Shown here piece by piece: positions 1 to 10,778 of a stretch of 64,000 bases of DNA; within the stretch, counting starts at the first letter, position 1, and each line of letters begins with the position of its first letter. The notes under the pieces are model-generated. The model saw nothing but the letters and a program-made list of their open reading frames with translations, was not told where the DNA came from and searched no databases. This DNA comes from Leptolyngbyaceae cyanobacterium (GTDB taxonomy: Bacteria; Cyanobacteriota; Cyanobacteriia; Phormidesmidales; Phormidesmidaceae). Location: NCBI GenBank assembly GCA_050330865.1, contig JBHJHM010000076.1, positions 1,649 to 65,648 on the forward strand. Reading direction: 5' to 3'. Position numbers and translations under genes: made by a program.

Positions 1-3000
1 AATCAGCCTTGGGTGATGCGCTTGCGGCTGTTAACCAATTGCAGCAGCAAGCGGCTCAGCATCTGCCGGTTCTAGACGAGCAGGACAATCTGATTGGAGT
101 TATCACCCCTGCAAGTTTGGCGGGTCCCTTAACTGGCATCGGCGATTGCCATGCGGCAGTCGCTGAACTGAGTCTCAAAAAGACGCTGCTAGCCCAGATT
201 GCTAACAATGCCCCCTGCTCCGAAGTGCTTTCGATATTGACGGATGCCATGGAGCAAACTTTGCCAGGAGCGCTGTGTTCGGTATTGCTAGTGGATGAGC
301 ATCATCGATTGCGCAATGGTGCTTCGCCTAGTCTACCGCTTGGATATATTCAGGCCATTGAAGGAGCTCCTGTCAGAGAAGGCGTGGGCTCCTGTGGCAC
401 AGCGGCGAGCCGACGAGAAACCGTTATCGTCACTGATATTGCTACGGATCCGCTATGGCAAGACTACAAGCACATTGCTCTCGCGTATGATTTAAAGGCC
501 TGCTGGTCAACGCCTATCATTACCCAGCATGAACGGGTCGTGGGAACTTTTGCGGTGTATTACCCAGCCGTGCGATCGCCCCAGCTCCACGATCTAGAAA
601 TCATTGCTCGAATGGCCGATATTGCGGGTGTTGCTGTTCAGCATTACCAAACCCAAGGGGCTTTGCAGAAAAGTGAAACTCGCTGGCAGTTCGCGCTCGA
701 AGGGGCGGGTGCCGGTGTCTGGGATTGGAATGCCTATGGTGAGCCTATTTTCTTTTCGCCGCAGTGGAAAGCCATGCTGGGATACGACGAGCATGAAATC
801 GGTGATTACCAGGAAGAATGGGAAAGCCGTATTCATCCTGACGATAGGGCTCGGGTCTATGAGGCTATCGAGCGACATAGCAGAGGCGAAACGGCCCTGT
901 ACGAAAATGAGCATCGCCTCCGCTGTAAGGATGGTCGTTATAAATGGGTGTTGAGCCGTGGCAAAGCTATTGAGCGGGCAGCCAATGGTGACCCTGTCAG
1001 GATCTTAGGGATTCATACAGACATTAGCGATCGTAAACAGGCTGAGATCGCCCTACGAGAGAGCGAAGCGCGCTGGCAATTTGCCCTAGAGGGAGCCGGT
1101 GCCGGTGTTTGGGATTGGAATCCTGAAACCGGTGTCGTGTTTTTCTCGCCGCAGTGGAAAGCCATGCTGGGGTACGACGAGCATGAGATAAGTACGCGAA
1201 TCGAGGAGTGGCAAAGCCGCATCCATCCGGATGACAAAGCCCGCGTTATGGCGGCTACTGAAAGCCATTTCCGGGGAGTGACTCCTACTTATATCAGTGA
1301 ATATCGTCTCCTTTGCAAGGATGGTCGCTACAAATGGATTGCATCGCGCGGCAAGGTAATTGAGCGAACCGCTACGGGTGAACCGCTGCGAATCATTGGC
1401 TTCCACACAGATATTAGCGATCGCAAACGGGCCGAAGCGGCCCTTATAGAGAGCGAACAGCGATTTCGGAGCTTGTTTGAGTCAACCCCCAAAATTGCCG
1501 TTCAAGGATACAACTGCCATCGGCAAGTCATTTACTGGAATGAGGCCAGTGAGCAGCTGTATGGATATACCCGGGAAGAAGTGATGGGCCAGCGACTGGA
1601 GGATTTGATTATTCCACCAGAAATGCAGCCGGACATGATCAAGGCTGTACGAGCTTGGAGTGAAGAAGGACAGCCCATACCAGCCAGCGAATTGAACTTA
1701 TTGCACAAAGACGGCTCCAGAGTAACCGTTTTTTCGAGTCACATTATGGTGACAAATGCTCATGACGAGCCAGAAATGTATTGCGTTGATATTGACCTGA
1801 GTGCGGCTAAAAAAGCAGAAGCACAACTGCAAATGCTGGTGGCAGGAACCGCAACGACAACTGGGGACGAGTTTTTTCCCGCACTGGCACGCTGTATCGC
1901 TAAAGCCCTTGATGTTACCCACGTGATTGTGGCTGAAAAGGTAGGCAATCAGCTGCATACTTTAGCCTTTTGGGGCGACGGTACGTTGCAACCGGTTTTT
2001 TCCTATGCCCTAGTGAGTACGCCCTGTGAAAGGGTCTTGGAAGATGGACTGTTCTACTGTGCTAACGCCGTGCAGCAAGCGTTTCCGGATGATCTAGATC
2101 TCGTTGCGATGGGGATAGAGAGCTATTTGGGAGTCGTATTACAGAATGCTCAAGGGCAGGCGATTGGCCATTTATGCATCCTGCATCAGCATCCTATTCA
2201 GAATTCGCATCAAGCCGAGCAAATTTTACGCGTATTTGCGGCTCGAGCTGCCGCCGAATTAGAACGTCAACGGGCACTGGTAGCGCTTGAACAGCTGAAT
2301 CAATCGCTCGAAGCGAGAGTTACACAGCGTACGGCTGAACTCCAAGAGCGAGAAAAGTTTTTGCAAACAGTATTGGATTCGTTTCCATTATCTGTCTTTT
2401 GGAAGGATCGGGACTCAGTTTATCTAGGCGGCAATCGCCAGTTTTTGCAGAGTGCAGGGCTCTCGTCCAGTGCCGATCTTCTAGGCAAAACAGACTACGA
2501 TATGCCCTGGCGAGATACCGAAGCCGAGGCGTATAGGGCTGACGATCGCGTCGTGATGGCCGCTGATGTGGGTCTACTCGGCATTGTTGAAACTCAAACA
2601 CAGGCGGATGGTTGCCAAATCTGGGCAGAAACAAATAAAGTCCCGCTCCATAGTCTCGATGGTGAAGTCATTGGTGTTTTGGGCACCTATCAAGATATCA
2701 GCGATCGCAAACAAGCTGAGCTTGATCGTCAACAGTTAACTCAAGAATTGGCGGAATGGCGCGATCGCTACGAGATTGCTGCCCAAGCCAGCGGTCAAGT
2801 GTTGTTCGAATACGACCTGGCAACCGATCAAGACACCTGGGGACCCAATTTTGAAACGGTTTTGGGGCATCGGTTGGATGTTTTTCCCGAGGGCATGCAG
2901 GTATACCTAAGCCAGATTCACCCCGAGGACCAAGCAGCTTATCAGTGCATCATTGATAATGATCGCACGATTAAAGGGCCTTACCAGACGGAGTACCGCT

Positions 3001-6000
3001 TTCGAGCTGCCGATGGCACCTACCGCTGGATCGAAGAACGAGGCATGACGCGCTATGACGCTCAGGGTGAACCCGTTCAAGTAATTGGCTATTTGCAGAA
3101 TGTTAGCGATCGCAAGCAAGCTGAATTCAAGCTACAGCAGCTGACCCAGGAACTGGCGGAATGGCGCGATCGCTACGATATTGCTGCCCGGGCTAGTGGT
3201 CAAGTGCTGTTTGAATATACCATCGCTACGGATCAAGATACCTGGGGGCCAAATTTAGAAGCGGTTTTGGGCTGTACGGCGGCGGCAATGCCCCCCAGCA
3301 TCGAAGCCTGTATCAGTCGCGTTCATCCGGAAGATCAAGACACTTTTCGGCAAGTTGTCCTCCATGACCGGATCGCGAACGAGCCATACCAGATTGAATT
3401 TCGCTTTCGGAATCCCGATGGTACCTATCGCTGGATCGAAGAACGGGGCATGACGCTCCGTAACAATCGGTGTGAGGCAGTTCAGGTCATCGGCTATTGG
3501 CGTGATATTAGCGATCGCAAACAAACGGAAGCGGCACTGATCCAAAGCGAAGCCAAAAGCCGCGCCATCCTAGCCGCAATTCCAGATTTAATTCTACGGG
3601 TCGATAGGGACGGTATTTATCGCGAGTTGGTGGTAAATAGTCCTGATATTGAAGCCTTCTTTCGGGGGCGCGATCCGGTTGGCATATCCATGAAAGAAAC
3701 ATTGCCTGCAGAACTGCTTCCCCAAAAGCTGCAGGCCATTACCCAAGCTCTACAGACTGGACAACTGCAGGTCTACGAACAACAGGTGAAAATTGGCGAT
3801 CGCCTTCGCCATGAGGAAATCAGAGTCGTTAAAGGCGGCGCCGATGAAGTCATTCTAATGATTCGGGATATTAGCGATCGCAAACGGGCTGAACTCGCTT
3901 TACGAAACAAAACCGAAGAATTGGATAGGTTCTTCTCACTAGCACTCGATTTGCTCTGCATCGCTAATGTCGAGGGTTATTTTATACGCCTGAATAGTCA
4001 GTGGGAAAAGACACTGGGATATCCGCTGTCCGATTTAGAAGGAACCCAGTTTTTGAATTATGTCCATCCTGATGACTTCGAAGGTACGCTGCAGACTTTC
4101 CAGCAGACAAGGGCTGGTGAAGAGACCCTCAATTTCGTGAACCGTTATCGCTGCCGTGATGGCTCGTACCGGTGGATTGAATGGCGCTCGGTCACCCATG
4201 GTCATCTCATCTATGCCGCTGCCCGCGACATCACCGAGCGCAAACAAGCTGAAGCTGAGCTGCGTGCCAGTCGGGCCTACTATCAAGGCATTGTTGCCGA
4301 TCAGACTGACCTGATTTGTCGCTTCTTACCCGATGGCACACTGACCTTTGTCAACGAGGCGTATTGTGACTTCTTCCAGCGATCGCGCCAATCACTCGTC
4401 GGCTCTAGCTTTCTGGGTCTAATGCCCGAAACAGATGCGGTCATTGCTCTGCACAGACTGAACAGCCTGTCGCAGGAGGAGCCGGTTAGCACGTATGAGC
4501 ATCAAGTCTTTGCACCGGATGGAACGCTTCGCTGGCAACAATGGACCGATCGGGCTCTATTTAACGACGAAGGAAACTTGGTGAAATTTCAGTCGGTTGG
4601 ACACGATATTACGGCTTTGAAAACTGCTGAAGCTGCCTTACTGGATAGCGAACAGCGCTTCCGTCGAGCGATTGAAGATGCTCCCTTCCCCATCATCATT
4701 TACGCCGAAGATGGTGAGGTGCTGCAACTTAACACTGCTTGGAGCGATTTGAGTGGCTACACCCATCGCGATATTCCCACAATGCATGCTTGGGCCGAAC
4801 GGGCTTACGGCGAGCAGGCACCCGATGTTCTGGAAAACGTTGTTACTCAGAAATACATCCTGAAGTCCCGTTGGGATGAAGGCGAATTTACCATCACTAC
4901 CCGCAACGGCACTCAGCTCATCTGGCATTTCAGTTCAGCTCCCTTAGGTTGCCTGCCAGATGGTCGTCGCGCCGTGATTTCGATGGCTGCGGATATGACT
5001 CGATATCGGCAGGCGGAGACTGCACTGCGTGAAAGCGAGGCTCGTTGGCAATTTGCGCTCGAAGGGGCGGGACATGGTGTCTGGGATTGGAATATCCAGA
5101 GCAATAGTATTTTCTTCTCGCCCCAATTAAAAGCCATGCTGGGCTATGCAGAAACTGAAATTGAAAGCTCTGTAGAGGCTTGGAATGACTGGATTCATCC
5201 GGAAGACAAAGCCTTGGTTGAGTGTGAAGTGAGTCGGTATCTCAGTGGCGCAACGTCCACTTATCAAAATGAGCACCGTCTGCGCTGCAAAGATGGCAGC
5301 TACAAATGGATTCTGGATCGCGCCACTGTGATTAAGTACACGGCTCATGGCGAACCCTGGCGGATGATTGGGACGCACACCGACATCACTGAGCGGAAAC
5401 AGCGTGAATTAGAGTCGCGCTTGCTAGCTTCTGTTGTTGAATCCTCCGAAGATGCCATTATCACCCAGGATCTGAACGGCACCATTACGAGCTGGAATAC
5501 AGGAGCCGTGAACTTATTCAGTCGCTCACAAGAAGAAGCCATCGGCCAATCGATTACCCTCCTCGTGCCGCTCGATTGGCCTAGCGATATGTTCGACATC
5601 TTTGAGAATCTTGAACAAGAGCAGTCGATTAAACACTTTGAAATGGTCTGCTGCCGCAACAGCCCTATGCAGATTGATGTTGCCGTGACGGTGGCGCCGT
5701 TGAGGGCAAAAGATGGCAAGTTGACAGGGACCTCCATCATCGTGCGAGACATTACCGAGCGCAAACAGATTGAAGCCGAGCGGCTGCGGGCCGAAGAAAC
5801 TCGCAAAGCCTTTGAGCTGTTGGAGCGAGTGGTAGACAACGTTCTCGCGGGCTATTGGGACTGGGATATTCCTAACGGTGTCGAATATCTCAGCCCTGGA
5901 TTCAAGCGTATGTTTGGCTACACCGACCATGAGCTAGCCAATACGCCTAGAATCTGGCAAGATTTGATCTTTCCCGAGGATCTGGATATTGTTCAGACGT

Positions 6001-7799
6001 GTTTTGATCGCCATGTAAAGAGTCGGGGACAGACGCCTTACTACAACGAAGTTCGTTACCGCCATAAGAATGGATCGACCGTATGGGTAATGTGTTCTGG
6101 ACAGGTTATCGAGTGGGATGAAACGGGTGCGCCACGGCGGATGATTGGCTGCCACATAGACATTAGCGATCGCAAGCTGGCCGAGGCCTATGTCCGGCAA
6201 GAGAGTACATTCCGGCAAAAAATTGTGGAGCATATGACTGAGGGGTTATGCGTATGCCACGAAATTGAAACGTTTCCCTTTTTGCATTTCACGGTCTGGA
6301 ACCCTCAGATGCACACGATTACAGGCTATACCCAGGAAGAAATTAATCGCTTGGGTTGGTATCAAAGCCTGTTCCCCAATGCTGTCAGTCAGCAACAAGC
6401 CATTACGCGTATGGAACGGATGCAGCGAGGCGAAACTTTGACGGATGAGGAATGGTACATCCAGCGCCAAGATGGTGAACAGCGGGCGATCGCAATTTCG
6501 ACCTCGGTGCTCCCCAGTGATGCTGGTGAAATCTATATTCTGGCGCTCATGCAGGACATCACAGTCCGTAAGCGGGCGGATGCTCAACTGCGACAAACCA
6601 ACGAAGAGCTAGCCCGAGCGACCCGGCTGAAAGATGAATTTCTCGCCAACATGAGCCACGAACTTCGGACACCGCTCAACGCCATTTTAGGTATTACGGA
6701 AGGACTACAGGTAAAAGCATTCGGTGAGCTTAGCTCCGATCAACTGGATGCGTTGGGAACTATCGAGCGCAGTGGTAGCTATTTATTGGATCTCATCAAC
6801 GACATTCTCGATGTTGCCAAAATTGAAGCCGGCCAAATCCAATTGAACAAGACGTGGGTATCGGTGGCCTCACTCTGCCAATCGAGCGTGGCGTTCGTCA
6901 AGCAACCTGCCTGGAAAAAAGACATTCAGATCGACTTACGGCTGCCGCATTTCCCCCTCAATGTTTACGTGGATGAGCGGCGGATGCGCCAGGTATTGCT
7001 GAATTTACTCGACAATGCCGTCAAATTTACGCCGACAGGCGGCAAGATTACCTTACAAGCTATGGGTCGTCCTTCCTATTGGGAAGAGCCCCATACCGTT
7101 GGCTCGATGGCGCCCGATGTCCTGCGGTTAACCGTTAGCGATACCGGTATCGGGATTGCCCGCGATCGCATTGATAGTTTGTTTGAGCCATTTGTCCAAA
7201 TCGACAGTGCCCTCAGTCGTCAAAATACCGGAACAGGGCTGGGACTAGCCCTGGTAGAGCGCATTGTGAAACTCCATGGCGGGGAGGTAACGATTACCAG
7301 TGAGTTAGACGTGGGGAGCTGTTTTACGATTGACCTGCCCTGTCAAATTTCGACAGTTGTCTCAACTGCGACTGTTTTTCAAGCCGAACAAGGCACCACT
7401 TATGCGCCCCCGGCGGCAGCATCACCCTTAATTCTATTAGCTGAAGATAACGAGGCCAACATCAAAACAACCTCGCGCTATTTAATTGCCAAGGGATACC
7501 GAGTTGCGATCGCCAGAACGGGTAAAGAAGCGGTTACCGCAGCCCAATCGGAACAGCCGGATTTGATTCTGATGGATATTCAAATGCCGCAAATGGATGG
7601 CCTCGAAGCCATTCAGCAAATTCGCCAAGATCCCCAATTGCTGAGCACCCCGATTATTGCGCTGACGGCTTTGGCAATGAGTGGCGATCGCGATCGATGT
7701 TTGGCGGCAGGCGCCGATGACTATCTCAGCAAGCCCGTCAGGTTACACAAACTGGTTACTACGATTCAACAATTTTTGTCCCACAATAATGACACCTAA
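1..7799 (+). CDS. Giant multi-sensor hybrid histidine kinase (CBS tail, 2 GAF, about 14 PAS/PAC modules, HisKA-HATPase, receiver); 5' partial
   Basis: The frame is open to the window edge. The translation starts inside a CBS-like segment (LPVLDEQDNLIGVITPASL). PAS/PAC modules repeat, each ending in a D-I-S/T-D/E-R-K junction. H-box is SHELRTPLN. N, G1 and G2 boxes are NLLDNAVKF, DTGIGI and GTGLGL. The C-terminal receiver reads LLAEDNE...DLILMDIQMP...SKP. Confidence 0.9.
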   Translation, partial: SALGDALAAVNQLQQQAAQHLPVLDEQDNLIGVITPASLAGPLTGIGDCHAAVAELSLKKTLLAQIANNAPCSEVLSILTDAMEQTLPGALCSVLLVDEHHRLRNGASPSLPLGYIQAIEGAPVREGVGSCGTAASRRETVIVTDIATDPLWQDYKHIALAYDLKACWSTPIITQHERVVGTFAVYYPAVRSPQLHDLEIIARMADIAGVAVQHYQTQGALQKSETRWQFALEGAGAGVWDWNAYGEPIFFSPQWKAMLGYDEHEIGDYQEEWESRIHPDDRARVYEAIERHSRGETALYENEHRLRCKDGRYKWVLSRGKAIERAANGDPVRILGIHTDISDRKQAEIALRESEARWQFALEGAGAGVWDWNPETGVVFFSPQWKAMLGYDEHEISTRIEEWQSRIHPDDKARVMAATESHFRGVTPTYISEYRLLCKDGRYKWIASRGKVIERTATGEPLRIIGFHTDISDRKRAEAALIESEQRFRSLFESTPKIAVQGYNCHRQVIYWNEASEQLYGYTREEVMGQRLEDLIIPPEMQPDMIKAVRAWSEEGQPIPASELNLLHKDGSRVTVFSSHIMVTNAHDEPEMYCVDIDLSAAKKAEAQLQMLVAGTATTTGDEFFPALARCIAKALDVTHVIVAEKVGNQLHTLAFWGDGTLQPVFSYALVSTPCERVLEDGLFYCANAVQQAFPDDLDLVAMGIESYLGVVLQNAQGQAIGHLCILHQHPIQNSHQAEQILRVFAARAAAELERQRALVALEQLNQSLEARVTQRTAELQEREKFLQTVLDSFPLSVFWKDRDSVYLGGNRQFLQSAGLSSSADLLGKTDYDMPWRDTEAEAYRADDRVVMAADVGLLGIVETQTQADGCQIWAETNKVPLHSLDGEVIGVLGTYQDISDRKQAELDRQQLTQELAEWRDRYEIAAQASGQVLFEYDLATDQDTWGPNFETVLGHRLDVFPEGMQVYLSQIHPEDQAAYQCIIDNDRTIKGPYQTEYRFRAADGTYRWIEERGMTRYDAQGEPVQVIGYLQNVSDRKQAEFKLQQLTQELAEWRDRYDIAARASGQVLFEYTIATDQDTWGPNLEAVLGCTAAAMPPSIEACISRVHPEDQDTFRQVVLHDRIANEPYQIEFRFRNPDGTYRWIEERGMTLRNNRCEAVQVIGYWRDISDRKQTEAALIQSEAKSRAILAAIPDLILRVDRDGIYRELVVNSPDIEAFFRGRDPVGISMKETLPAELLPQKLQAITQALQTGQLQVYEQQVKIGDRLRHEEIRVVKGGADEVILMIRDISDRKRAELALRNKTEELDRFFSLALDLLCIANVEGYFIRLNSQWEKTLGYPLSDLEGTQFLNYVHPDDFEGTLQTFQQTRAGEETLNFVNRYRCRDGSYRWIEWRSVTHGHLIYAAARDITERKQAEAELRASRAYYQGIVADQTDLICRFLPDGTLTFVNEAYCDFFQRSRQSLVGSSFLGLMPETDAVIALHRLNSLSQEEPVSTYEHQVFAPDGTLRWQQWTDRALFNDEGNLVKFQSVGHDITALKTAEAALLDSEQRFRRAIEDAPFPIIIYAEDGEVLQLNTAWSDLSGYTHRDIPTMHAWAERAYGEQAPDVLENVVTQKYILKSRWDEGEFTITTRNGTQLIWHFSSAPLGCLPDGRRAVISMAADMTRYRQAETALRESEARWQFALEGAGHGVWDWNIQSNSIFFSPQLKAMLGYAETEIESSVEAWNDWIHPEDKALVECEVSRYLSGATSTYQNEHRLRCKDGSYKWILDRATVIKYTAHGEPWRMIGTHTDITERKQRELESRLLASVVESSEDAIITQDLNGTITSWNTGAVNLFSRSQEEAIGQSITLLVPLDWPSDMFDIFENLEQEQSIKHFEMVCCRNSPMQIDVAVTVAPLRAKDGKLTGTSIIVRDITERKQIEAERLRAEETRKAFELLERVVDNVLAGYWDWDIPNGVEYLSPGFKRMFGYTDHELANTPRIWQDLIFPEDLDIVQTCFDRHVKSRGQTPYYNEVRYRHKNGSTVWVMCSGQVIEWDETGAPRRMIGCHIDISDRKLAEAYVRQESTFRQKIVEHMTEGLCVCHEIETFPFLHFTVWNPQMHTITGYTQEEINRLGWYQSLFPNAVSQQQAITRMERMQRGETLTDEEWYIQRQDGEQRAIAISTSVLPSDAGEIYILALMQDITVRKRADAQLRQTNEELARATRLKDEFLANMSHELRTPLNAILGITEGLQVKAFGELSSDQLDALGTIERSGSYLLDLINDILDVAKIEAGQIQLNKTWVSVASLCQSSVAFVKQPAWKKDIQIDLRLPHFPLNVYVDERRMRQVLLNLLDNAVKFTPTGGKITLQAMGRPSYWEEPHTVGSMAPDVLRLTVSDTGIGIARDRIDSLFEPFVQIDSALSRQNTGTGLGLALVERIVKLHGGEVTITSELDVGSCFTIDLPCQISTVVSTATVFQAEQGTTYAPPAAASPLILLAEDNEANIKTTSRYLIAKGYRVAIARTGKEAVTAAQSEQPDLILMDIQMPQMDGLEAIQQIRQDPQLLSTPIIALTALAMSGDRDRCLAAGADDYLSKPVRLHKLVTTIQQFLSHNNDT

Positions 7800-7939
7800 C
7801 ACAGGCTTGGCTAACGAACACCTACAGACAATCGAAGCGCTTTATGTGGCTAAATTATTCCTTCAATCGAGGTGTGTGTCTATCTTTTCATCAACAGTAA
7901 CCCTCAATCTGCGATCAATAGCACCTCAAATTTAGACTT

Positions 7940-9508
7940 GTGAATAAACGCCGACGCTATCGTCATTTTTTAGGCTCCATACGCAGGCTGGCTTTACCTA
8001 CCAAGTTAGTGTTAATTGTCAGCACTATTGTTTTAGCGACAACTCACTTTGTCGACATTGATTTGTTCGAGCAACTGGCCGATTTTCTGAATAAATATGA
8101 GAGTTGGGAACTCGATGAGATTTTTCTATGGGTAATTTGCTGGTTACCTGCACTACTGGTTGACTATTACATTGCTGTCTGGCGCAACCTCAGAGAATCT
8201 AATCAGTCTTTAGAAGATACTAATGCAAAACTCGCCCAGGCCAACTATGCCAAAGGTCAACTTTTGGCGGAGCGCCAACAAGCTGAGGCAAAACTGCATC
8301 AGACCAATCGAGAACTAAGCCGCGTTACTCGTCTTAAAGATGAATTTCTCGCCAGCATGAGCCATGAATTTCGCACGCCGCTCAATGCTATTTTAGGCAT
8401 TACAGAGGGACTGCAGGGAGGCATCTATGGGGCTCTTAGCAGCGAGCAAGTAAGCGCTCTCCAAACGGTTGAACGCAGTGGGTTTCATCTGCTAGAGCTG
8501 ATCAACGATATTCTGGATGTTGCTCGGATTGAATCTGGGCAGATCCAGCTAAACCGTGGACCGACGACGATTGCATCCCTCTGCAAATTAAGCCTGAGCC
8601 TTGTTGAACAGTTGGCGGCAAAGAAAAATATTCAACTAGAGCTCGCCATGCCGTCCTATTTACCCGAAATTTGGGTGGATGAACGCCGGATGCGTCAAGT
8701 ACTACTGAATCTACTCAATAACGCCATCAAGTTCACACCGGAAGGAGGCTGTGTCACACTGGAAGCTCGCTATCGAGAGCCCGTAGCAGCTTTTCAAGCG
8801 CCGCATGAAGGATTCCCAGGCAGTCTTCAAATCAGAGTTAAAGATACCGGTATTGGTATTGCCCAACATCACATTGATAAGCTGTTTCAGCCCTTTGTCC
8901 AAATTGAAAATGCCTTGAATCGTCAGTCGAATGGAACGGGTCTAGGGCTGGCATTGGTAAAACGGATTGTTGACCTGCACGGCGGCCAGATTGATGTGAT
9001 TAGCCAGATCAATCTGGGTAGCTGTTTTACTATCCAGATACCTTACAGGATGCCAAACTCCTCTAAAACTGCAGCAGTCCCTCAGCATGCCAAAGTTTCG
9101 GACTCTACTCCACCCAAGCCTTTAATGTCCCCTCTCATTCTATTAGCGGAAGATGACGAAGCCTCAGTCAAAACAGTCTCGATCTATTTAAAGGCGAAGG
9201 GCTATCGCATCGTGGTAGCAAAGACAGGTCAGCAGGCGATCACGCTGGCTCAGTCTGATCAGCCTGACATTATTTTGATGGATATCCAGATGCCTGAAGT
9301 TGATGGTTTAGAAGCAATCCAGAAACTTCGCTGTAACTCAACCCTAGCGAACGTGCCAATTATTGCGGTCACTGCCCTAGCAATGGCGGGCGATCGAGAA
9401 CGGTGTTTGACAGCCGGAGCGAATGCTTACCTGAGTAAACCCATTAAACTACAGAAATTACTAGCCCTGATCCAGCAGATATCAACAGCTGACTATCAGG
9501 TTCGCTAA
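7940..9508 (+). CDS. Membrane-anchored hybrid histidine kinase (2 TM, HisKA-HATPase, receiver)
   Basis: 522-aa ORF with a GTG start. N-terminal hydrophobic helices, H-box SHEFRTPLN, NLLNNAIKF, DTGIGI, GTGLGL, and receiver LLAEDDE...DIILMDIQMP. The transmitter and receiver closely parallel the C-terminus of the upstream giant kinase. Confidence 0.88.
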   Translation: MNKRRRYRHFLGSIRRLALPTKLVLIVSTIVLATTHFVDIDLFEQLADFLNKYESWELDEIFLWVICWLPALLVDYYIAVWRNLRESNQSLEDTNAKLAQANYAKGQLLAERQQAEAKLHQTNRELSRVTRLKDEFLASMSHEFRTPLNAILGITEGLQGGIYGALSSEQVSALQTVERSGFHLLELINDILDVARIESGQIQLNRGPTTIASLCKLSLSLVEQLAAKKNIQLELAMPSYLPEIWVDERRMRQVLLNLLNNAIKFTPEGGCVTLEARYREPVAAFQAPHEGFPGSLQIRVKDTGIGIAQHHIDKLFQPFVQIENALNRQSNGTGLGLALVKRIVDLHGGQIDVISQINLGSCFTIQIPYRMPNSSKTAAVPQHAKVSDSTPPKPLMSPLILLAEDDEASVKTVSIYLKAKGYRIVVAKTGQQAITLAQSDQPDIILMDIQMPEVDGLEAIQKLRCNSTLANVPIIAVTALAMAGDRERCLTAGANAYLSKPIKLQKLLALIQQISTADYQVR

Positions 9509-9693
9509 GGCGGCTACCGGCTTTACGGCCCGCTGCTGTTCGAGCACCAATCCTTCGTCTTGTTGAAAGGAAACGATAAAACAAAAAATCCCAATTCAAC
9601 TGCACGTTGCTACGAACCCAGTTAAAGGTCTAGAATCGTTAATTAAACATCTAAAACTGACATAAATTCATAAGATTTCAAAGAATTCAAGAA

Positions 9694-10767
9694 ATGTCTA
9701 AGATTTCCATTTTAGTTATTGATGATGAAGCTGATAATTTTGACGTCATTGAATCAGCTTTGCCGGATCAAACCTACCAGTTGAACTATATAGATAGTGG
9801 TCAAGAAGCGATCGACTCGCTTGACGTGTTTCAGCCTGATTTGATCTTGCTCGATCTCAAAATGCCAGAAATAGACGGAATCCAGGTCTGTAAGCAGATT
9901 CGCAGCATTCCGAAATGGCAGCCGATACCAATCATTATGATCACAGCACTTACCGATAAGAAGGACTTAGCTCGATGTCTGAAAGCGGGTGCTAATGATT
10001 TTATTAGCAAGCCTTTTAATTACTTAGAACTGAACGCCAGAGTGAATTCGATGCTGCGAATTAAGCAGCAGCATGATGGTCTCAAGACTTTACTCAAATT
10101 TCGTGAGGACATGGTCTACATGCTGGTTCATGATCTTCGTAATCGCTTAACTGAGATCTTGCTGGGTTTGGAGTTTCAAAAAGCTAAAGTGCCGCTAGAT
10201 CGAGAGGAACTTGCCCAGATTCAGTCTTCAGCGAATGCCTTACAAGGTCTGATTAGCGATCTTTTGAAAGTGGCGCTGCTCGAATCTGACAAGATTCGCC
10301 TGACCTTTACAGAAGCTAATATTGATCAATTGATTCAATCAGTGGTGTCTAGCTTTGAAGCGATCGCAGCGCAGAAACAACAGTCCATCCTCTGTGAGCT
10401 GCCCCAAGTGTCTGAGCAAAAGGTGTCTATTGATACGACGATGATGTGTCGCGTTATTGATAATCTCCTCTCGAATGCAATTAAATTTTCACCCTGCGAT
10501 AGCCAAATCTTTGTGAGAGCATTATTCATGGAATCGAATCATCTCAAGATCCAAGTCATTGACTCTGGGCCAGGGGTTCCTAATAGTCTTAAGCAAAAAA
10601 TTTTTGAGAAATATGAAATTGGTATCTTGGCTCCAGGTATTCCTCAAATAGGACTTGGTCTGGCCTTCTCCAAAATGGTGATCGAAGCCCATGGCGGTAG
10701 AATCCGCGTGAAAGACAATCAACCTAAAGGAGCTATCTTTGAAATTACGTTGCCGGCAAGGTTTTAA
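9694..10767 (+). CDS. Response-regulator receiver fused to histidine kinase (REC-HisKA-HATPase)
   Basis: 357 aa. REC reads ILVIDDE...DLILLDLKMP...ITAL...SKP. H-box is VHDLRNRL. N box is DNLLSNAIKF, G1 is DSGPGVP, G2 is GLGLAFSK. Confidence 0.88.
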   Translation: MSKISILVIDDEADNFDVIESALPDQTYQLNYIDSGQEAIDSLDVFQPDLILLDLKMPEIDGIQVCKQIRSIPKWQPIPIIMITALTDKKDLARCLKAGANDFISKPFNYLELNARVNSMLRIKQQHDGLKTLLKFREDMVYMLVHDLRNRLTEILLGLEFQKAKVPLDREELAQIQSSANALQGLISDLLKVALLESDKIRLTFTEANIDQLIQSVVSSFEAIAAQKQQSILCELPQVSEQKVSIDTTMMCRVIDNLLSNAIKFSPCDSQIFVRALFMESNHLKIQVIDSGPGVPNSLKQKIFEKYEIGILAPGIPQIGLGLAFSKMVIEAHGGRIRVKDNQPKGAIFEITLPARF

Positions 10768-10778
10768 GAGGCACAATC

